A stretch of DNA of 64,000 nt from Pseudomonas phage Pa_WF01. The stretch lies in the sequence record OQ848593.1. One strand, 5' to 3'. The notes beneath the pieces are model-generated. The model was not told the DNA's origin, made no database searches, and saw only the letters and a list, made by a program, of their open reading frames with translations. Each line of letters begins with the position of its first letter. The stretch's first letter is position 1. Both the position numbers and the translations under genes were made by a program. Shown here piece after piece: positions 20,756 to 28,948 of the stretch.

Positions 20756-21826
20756 TTAGAACATGTTCAGGTTCTTCTTCACCCACTCCGAGATACGCGG
20801 ATTCTGGATGAGACCCTTGTTGCGCTGGCAAGCCATACGCAGGGTGATCACCATGTGGTCCGGGTTGAACCGGTCGAGGAAGATCAGGATCTTCTCGATG
20901 TTGTCCACCTTGGCGTTCTCGGCCAGCATCGAACACATGGCGAACATCAGACCCGGTTCATCCTTCGGCACATGGATAGTGCTCGGGGAAGTCAGGATCT
21001 CTTCCAGGCTCGGCAAGCGACCGAAGTAGGCCAGGAACGACTTGAAGTCGGTGGCCACGGTACCGATGATGCCCATGGCAGCGGCGAGGTTCAGCATGTC
21101 GTCCAGAGCGCGGGGATTCTGCTCCGGGGACATCTTCAGGAACCACTTCGAGAAGTCTTCCCAGGTACGCGGACACGCATAGACCCGACCGCTGTTCTGC
21201 GGATCGAAGGTGTAGAACGCACGGGGACTGAACTCCAGGAATGCCTGCACCTTGGTGGCGATGCCCAACTTGGGGGCCACGATTTGAAGCCAGCGCTTCA
21301 GGTCATTACGGACCACGATGTGGTGCAGACGACTGATGAGAGCCGACGACATCGGGTTGACGATGGCACCGTCGGTTTCCAGGTTACCAGCACCCATGAC
21401 CAGGCACTTCGGATGGAGATCCTCGTTACCGATCTGACGATCCAGGATCAGCTTGTAAGCCGCCGCCTGGCGGTCATCGTCGGCACTGGTCAACTCGTCG
21501 AGGAACAGGAGCCAACCAGCGAAGGGTTCCCTGGTTTCGGGGTTGATGGGCAACTCGTCGCCGACCAGGGGGAACTGCTCGAATACCTGGAACTTGGCAC
21601 GATCACCGGAGAGGTTCGGCAGGCCGTTGAGGTCAGCCGGGTCCATCTGGGTGAGGCGCAGGTCGATGAGCTTCAGGTTGTTTTCCTTGGCGATCTGCCG
21701 GGCCACCGCCGACTTACCGATGCCCGGCGAACCGTGGATCATCGGCTTGAGGCCGGCTCGCAGGAAGCTTTCGGCGATGAACTTGGCGTCGAAAATGGAT
21801 ACTTCTTGTTCCTGGGGGAAGTACAT
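20756..21826 (-). CDS. MoxR-like AAA+ ATPase (356 aa).
   Basis: Walker A GSPGIGKS; Walker B LLFLDELTSA; SD AGGAG before the ATG at 21826. Confidence 0.8.
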   Translation of the reverse strand: MYFPQEQEVSIFDAKFIAESFLRAGLKPMIHGSPGIGKSAVARQIAKENNLKLIDLRLTQMDPADLNGLPNLSGDRAKFQVFEQFPLVGDELPINPETREPFAGWLLFLDELTSADDDRQAAAYKLILDRQIGNEDLHPKCLVMGAGNLETDGAIVNPMSSALISRLHHIVVRNDLKRWLQIVAPKLGIATKVQAFLEFSPRAFYTFDPQNSGRVYACPRTWEDFSKWFLKMSPEQNPRALDDMLNLAAAMGIIGTVATDFKSFLAYFGRLPSLEEILTSPSTIHVPKDEPGLMFAMCSMLAENAKVDNIEKILIFLDRFNPDHMVITLRMACQRNKGLIQNPRISEWVKKNLNMF

Positions 21827-21857
21827 GGTGAACTCCTAAACAGTTGATTTGATTGGT

Positions 21858-22100
21858 TTAAGCCTTGGCTACTACGTCTTTCGGGTGTTCCCGGAAAGCG
21901 TGCAGCCGACCGCTGATGTGCCAGCATTCGGGCTTGGCGGTGTTGTTGACCCTGGTGTAGCTGCCACGAGCGTCGAAGGTCAGCATGGAGTAGCCTTCGG
22001 GACGCTCGGTGACAGTGAAGATCACCACGCGGGAACCATCACGAGTGACGTAGTTCCCAGGGCGGTCGATGAGAACAGGTAGGTCTTGCAGCTTGCTCAT
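21858..22100 (-). CDS. Hypothetical small protein (80 aa).
   Basis: ATG at 22100 with SD GGGAGG (5-nt spacer) and ATGA overlap with the upstream ATPase. The longer track ORF is an in-frame extension. Confidence 0.5.
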   Translation of the reverse strand: MSKLQDLPVLIDRPGNYVTRDGSRVVIFTVTERPEGYSMLTFDARGSYTRVNNTAKPECWHISGRLHAFREHPKDVVAKA

Positions 22101-22930
22101 TTCAGCCTCCCGGTGCTGAAGTCGAGGGTACGGGCGAATTCCTTCTTGCCCGCTTGGGGCTTGGAGTCTTCGCCGGCGTTGATGTAGTACTGGTGGATCA
22201 AGGTGTTGATCAAGCGGACGCCAATGTTGCTGTCGGGATACTGGCGGCCGATCTCCTTGATCAGCCATTTCTCGGCCTTCTTGTGGTCTTCCTTCGGGAA
22301 GAGAGAGCGGTAGTTCGCCCACAGTTCCGACTCCTTGAGGTACTGGACCATCGCCTCCAGAGTCGGTTTCTCCAGGTTGTAGACCAATCCAGTACGACCG
22401 ATGAACTCGGTCTTGACGCCGCACTTCAGCAGTTCGGTGGCGTCCATGTTCTCCTGGCCGTTGAACGCACCGGCGAAGATGAACAGGGATCGCTCGACGC
22501 TGACCGTGTTGTACTTGCCGTAGTCGCCGAAGGTCTGGGTGGTACTGCCCTCCAGCACACGCAGGAACTCGTTCTGCACGCCGATGCTGATCTCGTTGGC
22601 ATGGCTGTCGTTGGAATTACCAGAGAGGAACAGCTTGTCCATCTCGTCGCAGAATACGACGTTGGGGACATTGCCGAGGGTAGCCAGTGGGGCCAGTGCC
22701 TTACTCAGGCTCAGGCCGGAGTAGCCTTCCTTGGTCAGCGATGCACAGTTGACCTCGGTCATGGGCAGCATGATGTCCAGGCGATTGCACTGGTCCATGA
22801 TGTTGAAGGACTTGCCCGAACCAGAAGGGCCGGTCAACCAGAAGTGAGGACGAATCTCGCCTTCGGACGCTTTGAAGATGAGCAGGATCTTGCCGATCCG
22901 CTCGATTGTTTTTTCATTGGCTTGGGACAC
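22097..22930 (-). CDS. P-loop NTPase (277 aa).
   Basis: Walker A GPSGSGKS; Walker B VVFCDEMDK. Confidence 0.65.
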   Translation of the reverse strand: MSQANEKTIERIGKILLIFKASEGEIRPHFWLTGPSGSGKSFNIMDQCNRLDIMLPMTEVNCASLTKEGYSGLSLSKALAPLATLGNVPNVVFCDEMDKLFLSGNSNDSHANEISIGVQNEFLRVLEGSTTQTFGDYGKYNTVSVERSLFIFAGAFNGQENMDATELLKCGVKTEFIGRTGLVYNLEKPTLEAMVQYLKESELWANYRSLFPKEDHKKAEKWLIKEIGRQYPDSNIGVRLINTLIHQYYINAGEDSKPQAGKKEFARTLDFSTGRLK

Positions 22931-22988
22931 TGGTTAGTCTCCTTTAAACGGGAAGATTAATAAATCTGGGAATGCATAACCCCAAATA

Positions 22989-23174
22989 TTACTCGGAAGG
23001 GGTCCACTCACCTACAAAGAGTAGAAGGGTATTGTGATACCCCATCATGGCTCGCATGAAGTCATGATGACTGCCCCCAGGAAGCAGATGTCTTGCTTCT
23101 TCGAGGGCTTCTTTTAAGGAACTGTGGGTTGGGTAGAGCTTCTGCTCTACCGGACTGAAATCACTGAAATACAT
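22989..23174 (-). CDS. Hypothetical small protein (61 aa).
   Basis: SD AGGAG 5 nt before the ATG; AT-rich. Confidence 0.5.
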   Translation of the reverse strand: MYFSDFSPVEQKLYPTHSSLKEALEEARHLLPGGSHHDFMRAMMGYHNTLLLFVGEWTPSE

Positions 23175-23182
23175 TTAAACTC

Positions 23183-23413
23183 CTAGTAAAAAAAGCCATA
23201 CTTGAGGAGGTCTTTAATACCCCTCCAAACTGACTTGGTAATCCTAAAAACCACAACCAGAAAAATAAGAGGCAATCCGATAGGCCATAAAATTCCTAAC
23301 GCTGCTGAGCGGTCATCCTCAAGGCCACCGAAAAGTGCGTAATCCACGATTACAGCTGTTATGATAGCTGCCGCAAAGTAGGACGCTATCAATACCGCAA
23401 TGGTACCTAACAT
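23183..23413 (-). CDS. Small membrane protein (76 aa, 2 TM helices).
   Basis: ATG at 23413 with SD AAGGAGA (6-nt spacer); hydrophobic helices. Confidence 0.55.
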   Translation of the reverse strand: MLGTIAVLIASYFAAAIITAVIVDYALFGGLEDDRSAALGILWPIGLPLIFLVVVFRITKSVWRGIKDLLKYGFFY

Positions 23414-23633
23414 AAGTTGTCTCCTTGGTTTAATACACACAGTAGAATGCCGACAGTTACTCAGTGACTGCATCCTGTGCAGTTTGGAAACTCGGCATTC
23501 TCTTTATGTACTAATAGTCTGACTAGACTGTCTCGCCTTATGCGACGCTATGCGCAGGGAGTCGTTTAAAGGATTAACGCTAATGCATGTCTCTTGCTCC
23601 TAAACCAATAAAAGAATGAACAAACAGGACAAG

Positions 23634-23650
23634 AGCGTACGGAGTACGCT
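23634..23650. promoter_or_regulatory. Copy 1 of a 17-bp palindromic hairpin AGCGTACGGAGTACGCT (6-7-bp stem, 3-nt loop GGA).
   Basis: An exact second copy lies at 26407-26423. On the minus strand a T-rich run follows. It could be an N4-type vRNAP hairpin promoter or a small terminator. Confidence 0.5.
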
Positions 23651-23869
23651 AATGAATAACCTGTTCTCCTGTGAGGTACATCATCCCATCTGTACCGAAG
23701 CGGCCCGCCAGCCAACCTCGGAAGAACCCATGAATCAAAGGGTTGTCAGCGTAGTCTCCGAGACGGCTACGCTTACTCGCCAGTTCTTCAGGGGTGATGA
23801 TTACCCCGGCGAAGGACCACACACAGTGGCGGTACTCTTCTTCAAATTCCTTTCGCAGTTCGTCGCTGA

Positions 23870-24385
23870 TCACTTCAGCATAGAACGCAGGTTGTTCAGC
23901 AGTGCCTCGCCACCCTTCAGGGACTGGACGTACAAGCACGCATCGTAGACGGTTTCGTCCAGGCCATGCTTCTGAACATGCTCCTTGCCGAAGCCGAGGG
24001 CATCCAGTAGTTCAGCCAGCTTGTTGCTCATCTGGGTGACCACCGCATCTTTCAGGATGGTGGTGGTCTGGTCGTCTCCCTTCTTCACCTCGAATTGGGC
24101 GACAGCTTCCCCAGAGTCCATCATACCCTGGATGTTCTGGCCGGTGAGCAGTACGTCGCTCTGGTGTAGACGACCCGGTTGCATGACCGGACACTTGACC
24201 TTGTTGGCTTCCCGTAACAGCGTTTCAACCTGACCGCTGAGGTTTTCCACCATCTTGTTGGTTGCATCGATATCTTCGAGGAGGATATCTCGCTTGTTGT
24301 TGAGAACTTCTACCCGACGACGCAATCTCTGCATCTTGCCCTTCATGGCAGAGATCTCGTATTGAAACTTGTCTTCGCTCATCAT
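23870..24385 (-). CDS. Hypothetical coiled-coil protein (172 aa).
   Basis: TGATG overlap with the upstream gene at 24385; heptad-rich N-terminus. Confidence 0.55.
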   Translation of the reverse strand: MMSEDKFQYEISAMKGKMQRLRRRVEVLNNKRDILLEDIDATNKMVENLSGQVETLLREANKVKCPVMQPGRLHQSDVLLTGQNIQGMMDSGEAVAQFEVKKGDDQTTTILKDAVVTQMSNKLAELLDALGFGKEHVQKHGLDETVYDACLYVQSLKGGEALLNNLRSMLK

Positions 24386-24945
24386 CACTTGTTCACCCCG
24401 TAGAGTTGGAAATGGTCGTTCAGTTCGGTGTAGCGGCGGCCATGCTTGTCGATCACAGCGATCTCGAAGCAGGCATTGCCACACCAGTTGCGGTGGATGG
24501 CGGTACCGAGCTCTTCGATTGTGACCTTCTTCCTGACACGTTCACCCGGCTCCCCTGGAAGCATTACCAGGGTGCCGCCGATGTTCTGCTTGGTGCAGAA
24601 CTTCACATGGTCGTGCGTTACCTGGGCATGGATCAACTGCCATGCACCGGCAGTTAAGGGATGACGTACCCACTCCATGCCTTTCACGTACACCACATGG
24701 TTGACCACATTGACGCCGACACGATCATTGCGCACGATGAAGCCATGACGCACATAGAAGAAGGAGCCCTTCAGGGCGCTGTACAGCTTTCCTACAGACA
24801 AGCCAGTGATGTAACCGGTCTGCTGGTGTCCCCAATTGTCGTGGTAGGTGAACTCCACCAGCTTGCCGTCAGCCAGGAAGTACAGGCAGCGCTCGATGGG
24901 AACTTCTATGGGTTTACCGCGCTGAAACCAGGTGATCTTTTCCAT
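24385..24945 (-). CDS. Hypothetical protein (186 aa).
   Basis: High third-position GC; coupled to neighbouring genes. Confidence 0.6.
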   Translation of the reverse strand: MEKITWFQRGKPIEVPIERCLYFLADGKLVEFTYHDNWGHQQTGYITGLSVGKLYSALKGSFFYVRHGFIVRNDRVGVNVVNHVVYVKGMEWVRHPLTAGAWQLIHAQVTHDHVKFCTKQNIGGTLVMLPGEPGERVRKKVTIEELGTAIHRNWCGNACFEIAVIDKHGRRYTELNDHFQLYGVNK

Positions 24946-25499
24946 CAGCGCTTACCCTTGACCAGACGACGATGAGCCTTCGTCAGGTTCTCGCAGGAAC
25001 GCAGCAGCAGATGGGGATTGTTGCTCCGCTGGAAGTTGGTGTACTCACGCATGACAGCATGTACTAGGGTGTCCATGGTCAGTTCGGCATCGCTACGGCG
25101 CTGCTTGCGAACCTTGTCCTTGAGGATCTCGATCTCCTTCTTGGCTTCAGCCAGCTGCTTTTCCAGGCCGGTGTCCACAGGCTCGAAGACTGTCTCTTCC
25201 ACGACGAGTACGGGAACTGTTTCCTGGTCTCCATGGAATGGCTTGGCGAGTTCAGAGATCTTCTTGTCACGGGCCTCTACCGCCTTCTTCAGATCCTTGA
25301 TCTGGTTCTGGAGACGGTAGTTGTCGCTCTGGGTACGCGCATATAGACGACGGTTAACACGCGCTTCTTCCCGCGCTTCCCGAATTTTGTTATCCATTAC
25401 ATCTATGATTTGATCTTTTCGCTGTACTACCGTCTCATGGTTTTCAATCAGGCTGGTCACTTTTTCATCGAAACGCTTGCGGGAAACGAATGGGATCAT
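24945..25499 (-). CDS. Hypothetical coiled-coil protein (184 aa).
   Basis: ATGA overlap at 25496-25499; charged heptad repeats. Confidence 0.6.
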   Translation of the reverse strand: MIPFVSRKRFDEKVTSLIENHETVVQRKDQIIDVMDNKIREAREEARVNRRLYARTQSDNYRLQNQIKDLKKAVEARDKKISELAKPFHGDQETVPVLVVEETVFEPVDTGLEKQLAEAKKEIEILKDKVRKQRRSDAELTMDTLVHAVMREYTNFQRSNNPHLLLRSCENLTKAHRRLVKGKR

Positions 25500-26122
25500 T
25501 GGAGTTCTCCATCTAGATATACCTGAAGGAACTTTCCATTCAGGGTGTATTTGAGTTGAAGTGTGCTGCCCTCGTAAGCACGTACATGAAGATTCCGTAC
25601 ACGCATATAGATGTCGTACATGAGGTCAGCAACAGCGAAGTTGTCAGGGTATTTTCTACGGGCTGCCCTGTACCCAACACGAAGCCAATCCATAGCGGTA
25701 CTTGCCGCTTCCTGGATCACCTTCCTTGCCACTGGTTTAGAGAGATACTGAACTTCTCTTTCTATGGCTTCTTCGACAAGCTTACGAAGAAGCGAGAGGA
25801 ACTCTTCCTCTTCATCTCCCAGCTTGAAACGCTTGCCTACGTTGTCGATGAGAAAGTCATTCTCGATGATGAACATGGTGATGTCGTAGTACATCACCTG
25901 CTCAGGACGGGGTTCTGAGCCTGGGAAGCGACTCCACCAAGCAGTTTCACCACGAAGCCACCACATAGCACCGAAGGCCCGCAACTCCGCTTCTAGACCT
26001 TCAGTACTGTCGATGTGCTCGAACGAGTCATGGATGACTGTCAATGGATCTCCTGGCTCGAAGGTATGCATATCCTCCATGAGCCAGCCGCCATCCTCGA
26101 AGACGAAGTTACGGACTTGCAT
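25496..26122 (-). CDS. Hypothetical protein (208 aa).
   Basis: High third-position GC; no recognisable motif. Confidence 0.6.
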   Translation of the reverse strand: MQVRNFVFEDGGWLMEDMHTFEPGDPLTVIHDSFEHIDSTEGLEAELRAFGAMWWLRGETAWWSRFPGSEPRPEQVMYYDITMFIIENDFLIDNVGKRFKLGDEEEEFLSLLRKLVEEAIEREVQYLSKPVARKVIQEAASTAMDWLRVGYRAARRKYPDNFAVADLMYDIYMRVRNLHVRAYEGSTLQLKYTLNGKFLQVYLDGELQ

Positions 26123-26125
26123 GGC

Positions 26126-26350
26126 TTAGCTCCCGACGTGAGCGTTCAACTTCTGGAGTTCCTCGTAGATGCCGTAGCCCAGGAACCAGAAACCGAAGGT
26201 CATACCGATGCCGACAGCAGCGCCCAGCATTACCAGCAGGGCCACGAGGCCGTTGTAGACTGTCAAGGCGGCGACTGCCACGACTACGAAGACCAGGACA
26301 GCAGCGATCCAAGCCATGGTGTCCAGGAATTTCAGGTACGATTTGCGCAT
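26126..26350 (-). CDS. Small membrane protein (74 aa, 2 TM helices).
   Basis: Two long hydrophobic helices (AWIAAVLVFVVVAVAALTV... and ALLVMLGAAVGIGMTFGFWFLGYG). Confidence 0.6.
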   Translation of the reverse strand: MRKSYLKFLDTMAWIAAVLVFVVVAVAALTVYNGLVALLVMLGAAVGIGMTFGFWFLGYGIYEELQKLNAHVGS

Positions 26351-26406
26351 GGTGTTACTCCTTCTTCAATTGAATGAACTCACTGGAAATCAGCGAAAAT
26401 GCAAAA

Positions 26407-26423
26407 AGCGTACGGAGTACGCT
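26407..26423 (-). terminator. Copy 2 of the 17-bp hairpin AGCGTACGGAGTACGCT. On the minus strand it is followed by TTTTTGCATTTT directly after the stop of the upstream small gene.
   Basis: Minus-strand reading TGA-GCGTAC-TCC-GTACGC-TTTTTGCATTTTCG. Alternatively it is an N4-type hairpin promoter for 26126-26350. Confidence 0.5.
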
Positions 26424-26575
26424 CAACCCCTGTTCTTCACAATGCACTCTCCATGGGCATAGAAGAGATTGAGGTAGAACTTGGGAGACTCTCCGAACTT
26501 CTTGGACCTCTCTTCTGCACTGGGGACCAGTACTATTGGCTTACCACAGTACTTGCATAGCCTGTGTTTACTCAT
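26423..26575 (-). CDS. Small Cys-rich (zinc-ribbon-like) protein (50 aa).
   Basis: CKYCGKP...HGEC Cys pairs; ATG at 26575. The longer track ORF uses an upstream alternative start. Confidence 0.45.
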   Translation of the reverse strand: MSKHRLCKYCGKPIVLVPSAEERSKKFGESPKFYLNLFYAHGECIVKNRG

Positions 26576-26672
26576 GGTTTCTAAGCTCCCCTCAAAAAAA
26601 TAAGCGCCCGATCCCATTTCTGGGATCAGGCAAATTCAGGTTCATGGAGCGTCTGGAAGACGCCCACTCACC

Positions 26673-27674
26673 TCAAGACAGCGCATACTCGCTTTCACGG
26701 ATCAGTTCAGACAGGTTGTGGATCGACCGGTCGTAGCTGACATGGCTTCCAGTGATCTGGTGAACGATGTCGTCGAGGACGTTGCTGTCGGCCAGTTCGG
26801 CGAAGATGTTGATGTAGTGCTGGCGCATCTCGTTGCAGAAGTTCGGGTGGCACTTGAACTCATCGTGCACGGTGACCAGTTCGAAGGGTTCGTGGACCCG
26901 CATGGTGTCCCACAGGGCACACAGAGCTTCCAGGTGGTCAGTCTCCAGCTGACGCACGTTGACAGCGTTGATGTGGTTGAAGATCACTGCATCGACCATG
27001 TTGGTGCGGTCGTACAGGTCTTCGTAGACAGCCAGCTTGGCGTCCCTGGCGACCTCGGCTTCGCACTTGCCAGAGTGACGGTCCATCAGTTCACCCCAAA
27101 CCAACTGCATTACCTTGGTGATGGCTTCACGATCGTAGTTGCAACGACGGTGCATGGAACGAAGCACGTAGGCGTCGATGGAGTGGATGATGTTGGCAGC
27201 GTTCTTCACAGCACGCTCTACACCGCAGTCCTGCTTGTAGATGTACTCGAAGCTTGCACCATCCATCTCGTCCACTTCCACCCGAGTCTCGAACACGTCT
27301 ACCGACTTGACTATGGAGTGGAAGTTGTCCGGCAGCACCCAGGAGTGCTTCATGGCGTAGGGCTGCCAAGTGTTGATCAGGTCATCCCGCATCTCGTTGG
27401 CGATGGGAGCTACCATCTCCACGCCTTGGTAGAAGGCTTCCAGTTCAGGAGTGTCCTCACCGAACAGGTTCTTCGGCTCAGCCTTCGAGCCATAGAAGTG
27501 AGTCATGGTTGCAGTCTTGATGTCCGACCGCTTGATCTCCCCTACCGACTCACCCAGGTGGGTGGAGGCAGCAGTGGTGACCAGGCTGTAGGCATCCTGA
27601 CGGAAGCCAGTGTTGATGAGGTTGGTGGCTTGGGCACCAGATTCACAGCCACCCAGGGCCGACATTATCTGCAT
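26673..27674 (-). CDS. Exon 2 of the RNA polymerase II large subunit (T7-like single-subunit RNAP, N4 gp16-like). It carries motifs B and C; 333 codons.
   Basis: Motif B IKRSDIKTATMTHFYGS matches T7 RSVTKRSVMTLAYGS. Motif C VTVHDEFKCHP matches T7 LIHDSFGT. N-terminus MQIMSALGGCESGAQATNL matches T7 IQHFSAMLRDEVGGRAVNL. Confidence 0.8.
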   Translation of the reverse strand: MQIMSALGGCESGAQATNLINTGFRQDAYSLVTTAASTHLGESVGEIKRSDIKTATMTHFYGSKAEPKNLFGEDTPELEAFYQGVEMVAPIANEMRDDLINTWQPYAMKHSWVLPDNFHSIVKSVDVFETRVEVDEMDGASFEYIYKQDCGVERAVKNAANIIHSIDAYVLRSMHRRCNYDREAITKVMQLVWGELMDRHSGKCEAEVARDAKLAVYEDLYDRTNMVDAVIFNHINAVNVRQLETDHLEALCALWDTMRVHEPFELVTVHDEFKCHPNFCNEMRQHYINIFAELADSNVLDDIVHQITGSHVSYDRSIHNLSELIRESEYALS

Positions 27675-28674
27675 CGCTTGTTTTCACAGAAGGTCGTTAA
27701 TCTTCTGCCGTGTCAGCAGGACGTGGGAGATTTCCAAATATCCAACCTTTCAAAGGTTTCGTCGGTGCAGGTTTGTGCTGATTGCACTCCCGCATGCGAT
27801 TGGCTATTTGATGTTCCTTAAGTCCCAAAGTAGGTGCTACATCTTTCTTGGTTTGATCGTGGATTTCTACGTAAACCCCTTCTGGGGTCACGTAGTACCA
27901 AGGCTGGAATGCTGTATTTGAGGTACCAGCATGGCCCTTGTCTTTGCACTTAGTTCCACGAATCTTTTCAGCCGTCGCTGCATGAGCAACAATCATCGCT
28001 GGGGTGCGATTACCACTATAGCGACGGCTGAAAGTTTTACCTGCTTCAGTACGATCCACACTGATGCCTTTGTTCCAGCTGACGGAACCATGGCAGTCAT
28101 GCGTTGCAACACGCTGGTTGTACCAGTTGGGTGACGCAACACAGTTGTGTTCTTCGATGTAACTCCGTTCGAAGTCCATCAACTCTTGGCGAGTATTGAA
28201 GGTTCTCAAGATGGTTTTCACAGGCGGGTTGTCTTTTCGGTCCACCGGTAAGCCCCTACCAGATCCGAGATACGTGGTATCTAATTCTGGCGGTAGCTTG
28301 CACGAGCGGGCACCTATGTAGTACATCCCGTCTGCGAAAGTAAGCAAGTAAGCGTAGTGGTTCATGTGACCTCCTAGTTGTTCTGGAGTGCATATGTTAC
28401 CACGCCCTACTGACACTGCTGTGAATTTCTCCACAGGCAAGACTATATCTTCACCCCAGAAGGGTGCTTCCCATTTCCACCCACTTGGGTGTACGGCCTA
28501 AGCCTAGTCGTTGAACCTTCTCCCATACGGAGCTTGGCTGCTGATTGCCCAATCCACACACTTTTCAAACCTTCGCTTTGCCTTTCGGCTCGCAGTGGTA
28601 GCGTGGCTCTAAGGGGTTCCCAGCAATTAAGGAAGTGATCGACATGGATTGCTCCATGAAGGGGCTAGAAATCA
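27675..28674 (-). mobile_element. Group I (IA2-like) self-splicing intron, 1000 nt, with a GIY-YIG homing endonuclease ORF in its 3' region. It interrupts the RNAP II large-subunit gene at catalytic motif A.
   Basis: Minus-strand conserved elements: P AATTGCTGGGAAC (about 28611-28632); Q AATCAGCAGC (28538-28547); R GTTCAACGACTAG (28504-28516); S AAGATATAGTC (28441-28451). Exon 1 ends ...GGU and the internal guide GCCC lies at 28661-28666. An in-frame UGA is the first intron codon, and omega-G precedes the exon 2 AUG. Confidence 0.75.
27697..28365 (-). CDS. GIY-YIG homing endonuclease (222 aa) encoded within the intron.
   Basis: HYAYLLTFADGMYYIGARS (GIY-YIG); RSYIEEHNC. SD AGGAGG 4 nt before the ATG at 28365. 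AT-richer than the flanking exons. Confidence 0.8.
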   Translation of the reverse strand: MNHYAYLLTFADGMYYIGARSCKLPPELDTTYLGSGRGLPVDRKDNPPVKTILRTFNTRQELMDFERSYIEEHNCVASPNWYNQRVATHDCHGSVSWNKGISVDRTEAGKTFSRRYSGNRTPAMIVAHAATAEKIRGTKCKDKGHAGTSNTAFQPWYYVTPEGVYVEIHDQTKKDVAPTLGLKEHQIANRMRECNQHKPAPTKPLKGWIFGNLPRPADTAED

Positions 28675-28914
28675 ACCCGAGCAGCAGGCATCCAGCCCTA
28701 CGAGGTGGCCAACAGGCTCACCACGCTGAGCAGCACGGATGGCCATGACAGCCTTGAGGTACTGCGGTCGAGTCTTCTCGTTGCACTCCAGATTCTCCAG
28801 GTTGTCGAAGTTGTCGTAGCACCATTGGATGCGCTGTTCGAAGAGCCATTTGTCATGGCCCATTTGGTTTGCAGCGTCGATCAGAAGGTATTCGAAAGCG
28901 GTGTAAGGGGTCAT
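28675..28914 (-). CDS. Exon 1 of the RNA polymerase II large subunit (80 codons), ending at motif A.
   Basis: PYTAFEYLLIDA matches T7 PFCFLAFCFEYA. C-terminal VGLDACCSG matches T7 LAFDGSCSG (catalytic Asp of motif A). The following codon is an in-frame TGA inside the intron. Confidence 0.75.
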
Positions 28915-28948
28915 GGTTGAGTTCCCATTAAACGAAGGTTGGTTATTA

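Noticed and set aside
17822-22960. Plus-strand ORFs 17822-18853, 20855-21847 and 22154-22960, antisense to the helicase, MoxR and P-loop ATPase genes.
   Set aside because: In each case the Walker motifs are found only on the minus strand, and the plus translations are low-complexity.
23616-23948. A plus-strand 110-aa ORF versus a minus-strand 96-aa ORF (23649-23939) in the same interval.
   Set aside because: Neither is convincing. The minus ORF starts at a GTG without an SD and overlaps the upstream gene by 70 nt. The plus ORF has somewhat higher third-position GC but would be the only plus-strand gene in a 31-kb minus block, and its 5' end contains the 17-bp hairpin element. I have treated the interval as intergenic or regulatory, with low confidence.
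26673-28914. The alternative that the RNAP II large subunit is simply a split gene giving two polypeptides, with an HEG between them.
   Set aside because: This is not fully excluded, but the intervening DNA carries group I P, Q, R and S consensus strings in the right order, a guide sequence complementary to the exon end, and no SD before the exon 2 ATG. An intron is the better explanation.
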